DNA from: Peptostreptococcales bacterium | GTDB lineage: Bacteria > Bacillota > Clostridia > Peptostreptococcales > Acidaminobacteraceae | Length of the DNA: 28,107 nucleotides | Assembly (NCBI GenBank): GCA_038240675.1 | Contig: JBBRGL010000001.1 | Location: 1 to 28,107 of the forward strand | Direction of reading: 5' to 3' | Shown here: positions 1 to 6,940 of the stretch, one piece after another | Position numbering within the stretch: position 1 is the first letter of the stretch | Layout of the letters: each line of letters begins with the position of its first letter | Program-made: the position numbers and the translations under genes | Notes under the pieces: generated by a model | The model's database searches: none | The model's input: only the letters and a program-made list of their open reading frames with translations | Told to the model about the DNA's origin: nothing

Positions 1-2
1 CC

Positions 3-1097
3 TTTCCTATCGTCTATTATAGGGAAACGACAACTCTGCTGACTTTTCCCTTGACCGAAGAAGACATTTTAAAGGAACTAAAATCCATTGAAACGCTTTT
101 TGACAATAGTGTGGTCTCTAAGAACCAAAAATCCTTCTTCAATCAACTCAAAATGGAGTTTTCTCATATAATGGGTCGGTATTACATCAAGACAGGCGAG
201 TTTGAAAAGGGCCTAAAAGCCATTGAAAACTTGATGGCTATAGCAGTGCAAGAAAATCACGATGGTTATCTCTTAAAAGGGTATATGCAAAAGATTTTTT
301 ATACAATCAACGCTCACGATCTGATTTCCATGAAGGCGTTTGTCGACCAAGCTCTTGAAATCTCCGATAAATTTCCATTGGAACATCATGTCTATAAGCG
401 TCTCAAAGGGCTTTACGCTATTTTAATCGGGCATTTTGATGAGGGCGAGGCGCTTATTCGAACAGCGCATACTTATTTTGAGAGCATCGATAAAAATGGC
501 GAATTTACCCTGAGCATAGCGGCATGTTATTATTATTTAGGGGAGAGTCAGCGGTTGCAGGGCAATTACAAGCAAGCAATAAACCATTTTGAAAATGCCA
601 TTGAACTGTGTAAATCCAAAAATCTTGTAGGTCGTCTGACGATATTTTATACCCATGCGGGCCATGCTGCTTTTGACATGCAGGATTATGAAAGTGCACA
701 AAAGTTTTTTGAAGAGGCCACAATTCTGTATAAAACATATGATTTTAGGTGGGGAAGGTCTACTGCCAGCGGTTTTTTAGGACTTCTCGAACTGCGGGAT
801 GGATACTATAAAGAGGCTTTGCAGCTTTTCAAAGCGGCTGACGCATATGCCAGTCGACTCAACAACGTCTATGAGCAAGGTATATTAAGGCGTATCAAGG
901 CGGAGGCGTGTCAGTATTTAATTCAAAATCGCGTGCGCAGTGTGCCTATACTCCAGTATATCGGTTTGGATTTGTCCATTTATTGCAATGTGCAAACCCT
1001 CAAATATCAACATGAAGATATGGGATTCAGAAGAGATGTTATTCAAAAGTTGGAAGCGCTTAGTTGTGAAAAAGGTTGCCAGGAGGTTCAGCAATGA
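3..1097 (+). CDS. C-terminal TPR-repeat region of a larger protein (5' truncated by the window edge); possibly a STAND/BTAD-type regulator
   Basis: The frame is open from position 3 (FPIVYYRETTTLLTFP precedes the TTG at 51), so the true start lies upstream. Tandem helical repeats show the TPR pattern (e.g. YYYLGESQRLQGNYKQAINHFENAIEL). The regulator identity is inference. Confidence 0.7.
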   Translation, partial: FPIVYYRETTTLLTFPLTEEDILKELKSIETLFDNSVVSKNQKSFFNQLKMEFSHIMGRYYIKTGEFEKGLKAIENLMAIAVQENHDGYLLKGYMQKIFYTINAHDLISMKAFVDQALEISDKFPLEHHVYKRLKGLYAILIGHFDEGEALIRTAHTYFESIDKNGEFTLSIAACYYYLGESQRLQGNYKQAINHFENAIELCKSKNLVGRLTIFYTHAGHAAFDMQDYESAQKFFEEATILYKTYDFRWGRSTASGFLGLLELRDGYYKEALQLFKAADAYASRLNNVYEQGILRRIKAEACQYLIQNRVRSVPILQYIGLDLSIYCNVQTLKYQHEDMGFRRDVIQKLEALSCEKGCQEVQQ

Positions 1098-1672
1098 GAC
1101 ACTTTGAATTTGAAATTATGCCTGTTATTCAAGAAAGATGGTCACCAAGAGCATTTAGTGAAAAGCCCATTGACCCACTAGACCTCAAGTCGGTTCTAGA
1201 GGCTGCTAGATGGGCGCCCTCGTGTTTTAATGAACAACCCTGGCGATTCGTCGTCGGCGTGGGTAAAGAAGGTCTCAAGGCCTTTCACGAAGCGTTGCTC
1301 CCGAAGAATGCCCTTTGGGCAAAAAAAGCACCTGTTATGATCCTGATTTGTGCTCAGAAAGTATTCAGTCAAAGTGGCAAAGAAAATCCATATCATGCTT
1401 TTGACAGTGGTACGGCTTGGGGATTCCTTGCACTTGAAGCGAAAAAAAGAGGGTTGATGACCCACGCGATGGCTGGATTTCGGAAGGAGCAGTTGATTGA
1501 GGCCCTTCTGTTGCCTCACGACTGGACTGTGATAGCCCTTGTTGCAATGGGCTACTATGGAGAAATTAAGGATTTGGATGAGCAGTTGGTTCAGCAGGAG
1601 GAACCTGGAGACAGAAGATCTTTAGAGACGTTTATATACACACCAAATGCATTTGTAGAGGATTTAAAATGA
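1094..1672 (+). CDS. Nitroreductase family protein (FMN-dependent)
   Basis: Motifs RWSPRAF, AARWAPSCFNEQPWRF and DSGTAWGFLALEA. RBS AGGAGG at 1081-1086 points to the ATG at 1094, which overlaps the upstream TGA (ATGA). Confidence 0.92.
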   Translation: MRHFEFEIMPVIQERWSPRAFSEKPIDPLDLKSVLEAARWAPSCFNEQPWRFVVGVGKEGLKAFHEALLPKNALWAKKAPVMILICAQKVFSQSGKENPYHAFDSGTAWGFLALEAKKRGLMTHAMAGFRKEQLIEALLLPHDWTVIALVAMGYYGEIKDLDEQLVQQEEPGDRRSLETFIYTPNAFVEDLK

Positions 1673-2145
1673 AAAAAATTGCCAGTTTTACGGTGGATCA
1701 TTTACGGTTACTCAAAGGTGTCTACGTTTCGCGAAGAGACTTGCTCGGTCAGGAGAACGTGACGACCTTTGATCTTCGGATGAAAAAACCCAATAGTGAA
1801 AAATTAGAAAACGAATCTATCCACACTGTTGAGCATTTAGTGGCGACTTATCTTAGAAACGATACTGAATTTGGAAACCGAATTGTCTATTTTGGCCCTA
1901 TGGGTTGCTTGACGGGTATGTACTTAGTGGTCCATGGGTATTTAGAATCAAAAGAAATCCTACCACTGCTCATCAATGCATTTCAGTTCATCGTTGATTT
2001 TGAAGGCGAAATTCCAGGGGTCTCGGAGAAAGAATGCGGCAATTATCTGCTTCACAGTTTGGAAAAAGCAAAGAGCGATGCGGCTTCTTATCTTGAAATT
2101 CTTAGGAACGCCACTGATTTGAACCTCTATTATCCAGCGGACTAG
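1669..2145 (+). CDS. luxS: S-ribosylhomocysteine lyase (AI-2 synthase)
   Basis: Motifs SFTVDH, FDLRMKKPN, HTVEH (HxxEH metal motif), GPMGCLTG (catalytic Cys) and CGNY. ATGA overlap with the nitroreductase. Confidence 0.96.
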   Translation: MKKIASFTVDHLRLLKGVYVSRRDLLGQENVTTFDLRMKKPNSEKLENESIHTVEHLVATYLRNDTEFGNRIVYFGPMGCLTGMYLVVHGYLESKEILPLLINAFQFIVDFEGEIPGVSEKECGNYLLHSLEKAKSDAASYLEILRNATDLNLYYPAD

Positions 2146-2154
2146 GACTAACCA

Positions 2155-2198
2155 AAAGAGCTTCACCAAACCTTTAGGAGGGTTTGGTGAAGCTCTTT
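2155..2198. terminator. Bidirectional intrinsic terminator between convergent luxS and the GGDEF gene
   Basis: Perfect 18-bp stem AAAGAGCTTCACCAAACC / GGTTTGGTGAAGCTCTTT with an 8-nt loop and A/T runs on both sides. Confidence 0.9.
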
Positions 2199-2199
2199 A

Positions 2200-3384
2200 T
2201 TATTCAGCGTTTTTATAGGAGACGGTGTTGCGACCTTTGTGCTTTGAGGTGTACAGGCCGTCATCTGCACATTGGATGAGGGATTTAACGTCTTTGGCAT
2301 CTAGTGGGTAGCATGCCACGCCAATGGATACTGTAAAATGAGGATCTTCAGTCTTGGCGACACTTGCTCTAAACCGCTCGGAAATCCTCATGGCATTTTG
2401 CAAATCTGAATTCGGTAAAAGGATAATAAATTCATCGCCGCCGTACCGCGCCAATACATCTTGGTCCCGTATGCACTGTTTTGCGATGACAGAAAGTTGT
2501 TTCAGGCACATATCACCCGCTACGTGGCCTAAGGTATCATTGATGGTCTTGAATTTATCAATATCAAACATAAGGAGTGCGAAGGGCGTTTTATCGCGAA
2601 TCATTTCTTCTGAAAGGTTTAAAAACGCTTTTTTATTGAGACTCTTCGTCAAATCGTCTGTTTGAGAAATAATTTTAATTTTCTCCTTAGACAGTTCATG
2701 GTAAAACATATGTTTGTTCACTTCTTTGCGAACAGCGTCTTTAAAATCTTTCTCGATTTTGTTGGTTTTTGAAAGGGCTAATTTGAAAGTGTCTTCGATA
2801 GCATTTGACTGGAGGTGGATCAAGTCTAAAAGTGCACAGGCGTAGAGGACTTCAACGATGAGCTGCAAGCTGGCAGGTAGTCTGAAAGCAGACAAGAGAG
2901 CTGCTGAAAATAAAAAGCCCAAAAAGCCTTTTGGAAGAGGTGAATCTTTACGTTGACTGGCAATGACCAGGGTCAGAAAAGAAAGGGCAACACTTAGAAT
3001 ACCAATAAAGTGTATGGGCAAGGTATAACGTGATATAAAGGGACTTTCTATAAGAATCAATAACAAGAGAATTGATGCGGTCAGTCCAAAAATCCAATCA
3101 ATGATGCGACCACAGTTGTTTTTTCGCATAGAACCCAGAAATAAGGACAATATTAAACAGAGATGTAGTAATGCCAATGTATACATAAAGTTGAGATTTG
3201 GCCTAAGAATTAACGTCACAATGGGAATCAGGAAAAATGCTAAGAGGGAGTTGAGCTTAAAGAGCCTATCAGTCATATAAGTTTTATAGCGAATGCTTAA
3301 AAACAGATAAAGGGCACCGCAAATCATATAGAGAATAGAGATCAATAGGTTTGCTATTTCGAGATACAGGTTCAAACTGGTCAC
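2200..3384 (-). CDS. Membrane-bound diguanylate cyclase (multi-TM N-terminus plus GGDEF domain)
   Basis: About 7 hydrophobic segments, then DIDKFKTINDTLGHVAGD and RYGGDEF; I-site RDQD lies 5 residues before GGDEF. The real start may be the TTG at 3375, with GAGGTG as RBS. Confidence 0.92.
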   Translation of the reverse strand: MTSLNLYLEIANLLISILYMICGALYLFLSIRYKTYMTDRLFKLNSLLAFFLIPIVTLILRPNLNFMYTLALLHLCLILSLFLGSMRKNNCGRIIDWIFGLTASILLLLILIESPFISRYTLPIHFIGILSVALSFLTLVIASQRKDSPLPKGFLGFLFSAALLSAFRLPASLQLIVEVLYACALLDLIHLQSNAIEDTFKLALSKTNKIEKDFKDAVRKEVNKHMFYHELSKEKIKIISQTDDLTKSLNKKAFLNLSEEMIRDKTPFALLMFDIDKFKTINDTLGHVAGDMCLKQLSVIAKQCIRDQDVLARYGGDEFIILLPNSDLQNAMRISERFRASVAKTEDPHFTVSIGVACYPLDAKDVKSLIQCADDGLYTSKHKGRNTVSYKNAE

Positions 3385-3404
3385 CTCACTTGTGGGATAC
3401 TCCT

Positions 3405-3433
3405 ATTATAGCCTATGTCGTAAAGACTGTCAT
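3405..3433 (-). promoter_or_regulatory. Putative sigma-A promoter of the GGDEF gene
   Basis: Minus strand reads ATGACA-N17-TATAAT, about 20-30 nt upstream of the start codon. Confidence 0.6.
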
Positions 3434-3481
3434 TCGCTGTGATGTGAAATGGAAAATTTCCTGAAACACTGCATCTTTAAA

Positions 3482-3778
3482 ATAGCAGAGTGAATCGAAA
3501 GGGTTGTTCGGCGCTTCGCGTGGGACAGTAGTGGGACGGTTGTATGGGAGTGATTGGTTTGGGGTCGAGACCAGTTTAGGTCACTTTATGCTCATGATTT
3601 GAGTGTCAAAAGTAAGTTTCTCGATTATTCAAACTGCATATAGTTCCAGTTGAACATTCCGGAACTATATGCAGTATGAACAAGATCAACTACGGACTTT
3701 TGACACCCTAATCAATCTTCTGTTCAGAAGACAGAATCCCTTGCGTTACAATAGAACATTATCGCTTATGGTTCAGAT
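3482..3778 (+). repeat. Modular dispersed repeat, copy 1 (module A, palindromic 122-bp module, module B)
   Basis: 3489-3601 aligns without gaps to 16472-16584 (90/113 identical, 46/47 in the first 47 nt). 3715-3778 matches 16641-16704 (59/64). Confidence 0.9.
3594..3715 (-). mobile_element. Solo copy of the ~121-bp palindromic MITE-like unit, inverted relative to the array
   Basis: About 88% identical to the array unit (14 differences counted). Terminal inverted repeats are present and the copy is flanked by TC on both sides. Confidence 0.8.
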
Positions 3779-3833
3779 ATAAAATAAGCATGTCAGATAA
3801 GTCTAGTCGAAATAACTATATTGGGATATAATG

Positions 3834-3870
3834 AGATGGGGTTCGGAAAGACAGAACCCCATCTGTTTTT
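3834..3870 (+). terminator. Terminator-like hairpin with no annotated gene feeding into it
   Basis: 11-bp perfect stem AGATGGGGTTC / GAACCCCATCT, 9-nt loop, followed by GTTTTT. Confidence 0.55.
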
Positions 3871-3985
3871 GAAAACATCTCAAATAATGAGCAACGCTTT
3901 TTGCATTCCAAGTCCCAAAACCCCCTCAGGAAAACATTTTCCCAAACAGGCAAAGGTTTTCACAGCGTCTAAAAGACGAAATGCG

Positions 3986-4014
3986 TTGATTTTAAAAAAA
4001 CGCCGTGTTAAAAT
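3986..4014 (+). promoter_or_regulatory. Putative sigma-A promoter of secG-hppA
   Basis: TTGATT-N17-TAAAAT with an extended -10 TG (TGtTAAAAT), 33 nt before the secG ATG. Confidence 0.7.
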
Positions 4015-4047
4015 TGCCTTGTTAATTCACCGAAAGGAGGAACACAG

Positions 4048-4278
4048 ATGAATTTAGTTTTGACCATCATTTTGATTATCTCTTGTTTTGTTTTGATTGC
4101 GAGTATTTTGCTTCAATCAGGAAAAAGTTCAGGTATGTCAGGTGCGATCGGCGGCGGTGCGGAACAGCTTTTTGGCAAGCACGTAGCAAGAGGCTATGAA
4201 GCTTTATTTGATAAAGTGACAAAAGCTGGCGCAGTCGTTTTTATTCTTTCAGCATTAGCATTAGTCGTGTTTCAGTAA
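4048..4278 (+). CDS. secG: Preprotein translocase subunit SecG
   Basis: Two TM helices around LLQSGKSSGMSGAIGGGAEQLFGK; RBS AAGGAGG. Confidence 0.95.
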   Translation: MNLVLTIILIISCFVLIASILLQSGKSSGMSGAIGGGAEQLFGKHVARGYEALFDKVTKAGAVVFILSALALVVFQ

Positions 4279-4299
4279 TTTCTTGAGGGGGGAATTCGA

Positions 4300-6261
4300 A
4301 TGCAATTCAGTTATGTAGTTTTAGCACCTATTATAGGTGTAATCGCACTTATTTTTGCGTTCTATTTAGCAGCAAAGATCAACAAGGTTGAAGAAGGCAC
4401 AGATAAAATGAAAGAAATTGCCGGGTACATCCGTGCAGGATCTATGGCGTTTTTAAAAAGGCAGTACAAAACAATGATGGTATTTGTCATCGTAATGGCA
4501 GCTATTCTGACAGTGGGCGTTGATTTACCGACTGCAGGAGCTTTCGTTTTCGGTGCTTTTTTGTCCGCACTTGCAGGTTTTTTCGGCATGAGCGTTGCGA
4601 CTAAAGCCAATGTTCGAACAGCCAATGCAGCGCGGACGAAAGGGATGAATCAAGCGCTTTCAGTGGCTTTTTCGGGCGGTGCTGTAATGGGAATGGCCGT
4701 TGTTGGCCTTGGAATTTTAGGCCTTGGTATTTGTTTTAACATTATGCCTGTCCAGTACATCACTGGTTTTGGACTTGGTGCGTCTTCAATAGCGCTTTTC
4801 GGTCGTGTGGGCGGCGGTATTTATACTAAAGCTGCCGACGTGGGTGCTGATTTAGTGGGTAAAATTGAAGCGGGTATACCGGAGGATGATCCACGAAATC
4901 CTGCAGTTATCGCGGATAATGTCGGCGACAATGTCGGTGACGTTGCAGGTATGGGTGCGGATTTATTTGAATCTTATGTAGGCTCACTTATCGCTGCCAT
5001 CACTTTAGGCTCCACGCTTTTTGCAGGACCTGGTGTTATATTTCCATTTGCACTTTCATCGCTTGGCATTATAGCTTCTATCATTGCGACGTTCTTTGTC
5101 AGAGGGGACGAAAAATCCGATCCGCACAAAGCATTAAAAATGAGCACATACGTCTCTAGCGCACTTGTGGCTATTGGTTCGTTCTTACTCAGCCAACAAC
5201 TGTTTGGGAATTTAAATGCAGCTTATGCGATTATTGCTGGCCTTGTGGCTGGAATTTCAATCGGCGCCATCACTGAAATCTATACTTCAAGCGATTTTAA
5301 ACACGTCAAGAAAATTGCGCAGCAGTCTGTTACTGGTCCTGCGACGACTATCATCAGTGGTTTAGCAGTTGGTATGATGTCCACAGCTTATCCTATACTC
5401 ATGATTTCTGCAGCGACTTTAGTGGCTTACCACTTTATGGGCATTTACGGTATTGCGCTTGCTGCAGTAGGTATGCTTTCTACAACAGGTATTACAGTTG
5501 CCGTTGATGCTTATGGTCCTATTGCAGATAATGCAGGTGGTATTGCTGAAATGAGCAAATTGCCTAAAGAAGTGAGAGCAATTACAGACAAGTTAGATTC
5601 TGTTGGAAATACAACTGCCGCCATTGGTAAAGGTTTTGCTATTGGATCTGCAGCGCTTACAGCACTTGCTCTTTTTGCAGCTTATGCGGAGAAAGTACAG
5701 CTCAAGCAAATTGATATTATGAACCCTATGGTTGTCGTAGGTCTCTTTATCGGAGGAATGCTCCCGTTTGTGTTCTCTGCAATGACCATGGAGTCTGTTG
5801 GCCGTGCAGCGTTCCAAATGATTGAAGAAGTGCGTAGACAGTTTAGAGAATTTCCAGGGATTATGGCAGGCACTCAAAAGCCTGACTATGAGCGTTGTGT
5901 CGATATCAGTACATCAGCAGCCCTTAAAGAAATGGTTCTTCCAGGCCTTTTGGCTGTCTCTTCGCCAATTGCTGTTGGCTACCTCCTCGGCACTGAAGCT
6001 CTTGGTGGAATGCTTGCAGGAGCTGTTGTTACGGGTGTTCTCTTGGCGATCTTTATGGCCAACGCTGGCGGCGCTTGGGACAATGCGAAGAAGTATATCG
6101 AAGAAGGTCACTATGATGGCAAAGGTTCAGAAGCGCATAAAGCGGCAGTGGTTGGCGATACAGTCGGCGATCCGTTCAAAGACACTTCTGGTCCGTCTAT
6201 CAACATTTTGATTAAGCTTATGACCATCGTCGCTGTCGTATTCGGAAATCTGTTTATCTAA
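4300..6261 (+). CDS. hppA: Membrane-bound K+-dependent, probably Na+-translocating pyrophosphatase
   Basis: Motifs [35 protein letters not shown] and [16 protein letters not shown] (Ala) indicates K+ dependence; DLFESY places the Glu as in Na+-PPases. Confidence 0.95.
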   Translation: MQFSYVVLAPIIGVIALIFAFYLAAKINKVEEGTDKMKEIAGYIRAGSMAFLKRQYKTMMVFVIVMAAILTVGVDLPTAGAFVFGAFLSALAGFFGMSVATKANVRTANAARTKGMNQALSVAFSGGAVMGMAVVGLGILGLGICFNIMPVQYITGFGLGASSIALFGRVGGGIYTKAADVGADLVGKIEAGIPEDDPRNPAVIADNVGDNVGDVAGMGADLFESYVGSLIAAITLGSTLFAGPGVIFPFALSSLGIIASIIATFFVRGDEKSDPHKALKMSTYVSSALVAIGSFLLSQQLFGNLNAAYAIIAGLVAGISIGAITEIYTSSDFKHVKKIAQQSVTGPATTIISGLAVGMMSTAYPILMISAATLVAYHFMGIYGIALAAVGMLSTTGITVAVDAYGPIADNAGGIAEMSKLPKEVRAITDKLDSVGNTTAAIGKGFAIGSAALTALALFAAYAEKVQLKQIDIMNPMVVVGLFIGGMLPFVFSAMTMESVGRAAFQMIEEVRRQFREFPGIMAGTQKPDYERCVDISTSAALKEMVLPGLLAVSSPIAVGYLLGTEALGGMLAGAVVTGVLLAIFMANAGGAWDNAKKYIEEGHYDGKGSEAHKAAVVGDTVGDPFKDTSGPSINILIKLMTIVAVVFGNLFI

Positions 6262-6264
6262 TAG

Positions 6265-6753
6265 ATGATTAGGTATCAAAAGTCCTTAGTTGATCATATT
6301 CATGCCGCATAGAGTTCCGGAATGTTCAACTGGCACTATATGCGGTATGAATATTTGAGAAACTTACTTTTGACACTCTAATCATAGATGATTAGGTGTC
6401 AAAAGTCCTTAGTTGATCATATTCATGCCGCATAGAGTTCCGGAATGTTCAACTGGCACTATATGCGGTATGAATATTTGAGAAACTTACTTTTGACACC
6501 TAATCATAGATGATTAGGTGTCAAAAGTCCTTAGTTGATCATATTCATGCCGCATAGAGTTCCGGAATGTTCAACTGGCACTATATGCGGTATGAATATT
6601 TGAGAAACTTACTTTTGACACCCTAATCATAGATGATTAGGTGTCAAAAGTCCTTAGTTGATCATATTCATGCCGCATAGAGTTCCAGAATGTTCAACTG
6701 GCACTATATGCGGTATGAATATTTGAGAAACTTACTTTTGACACTCTAATCAT
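6265..6753 (+). repeat. Head-to-tail array of four ~121-bp palindromic MITE-like units separated by AG
   Basis: Units at 6265-6385, 6388-6507, 6510-6630 and 6633-6753. Each has 19-20-bp TIRs (ATGATTAGGTGTCAAAAGT ... ACTTTTGACAC(T/C/-)CTAATCAT) and an inner 25-bp imperfect stem with a 9-nt loop. AG also flanks both ends of the array. Confidence 0.97.
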
Positions 6754-6795
6754 AGATTTGGGTGTGAAAGACAGTCAATAATTGAATTTCAAGTG

Positions 6796-6826
6796 GCCCT
6801 CGTCGATTTATCGACGAGGGCTTTTT
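6796..6826 (+). terminator. Intrinsic terminator of secG-hppA, downstream of the repeat array
   Basis: GCCCTCGTCGA-TTTA-TCGACGAGGGC followed by TTTTT. Confidence 0.9.
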
Positions 6827-6940
6827 AATGCACCGAAAGATGGTTTATTTTACATTGAAAGCTATACATTTTGAGTTCAAAAGGTTACGATAGAAGGGTA
6901 AACACTGTGAATCAACACGCGCGCATCATAAGGAGGATTT

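Noticed and set aside
3499-3516. T-box motif resemblance (AAGGGTTGTTCGGCG vs AGGGTGGNACCGCG)
   Set aside because: The essential UGGN bulge is TTGT, no specifier stem-loop is visible, and the downstream genes are not aminoacyl-tRNA synthetase or amino-acid genes.
3940-3985. c-di-GMP-I riboswitch-like words (GGCAAA ... GACGAAATGC) near a GGDEF gene
   Set aside because: The GAAA-capped P2 helix and the GACGCAAAGC/P1 pairing are missing.
3821-4051. 76-aa ORF upstream of secG
   Set aside because: No RBS, it runs through a terminator-like hairpin and the secG promoter, and its composition is not protein-like.
6265-6312. Short ATG-initiated ORFs in the TIRs of the array units
   Set aside because: Only 15-19 codons long with no RBS; they are a by-product of the ATGATT terminus.
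6375-6400. Integron attC-like site (ACCTAATC ... GATTAGGT resembles RYYYAAC ... GTTRRRY)
   Set aside because: The invariant AAC/GTT triplets are absent, there are no cassette ORFs between units and there is no integrase.
6372-6400. IS30-like junction promoter (TTGACA in the right TIR plus a -10 in the next left TIR)
   Set aside because: The hexamer 17 nt downstream is TAGGTG, a poor -10. Only the outward-facing -35 is supported.
6262-6757. CRISPR array interpretation of the tandem repeats
   Set aside because: Units are ~121 bp and near-identical over their full length, with no unique spacers, and no cas genes are present.
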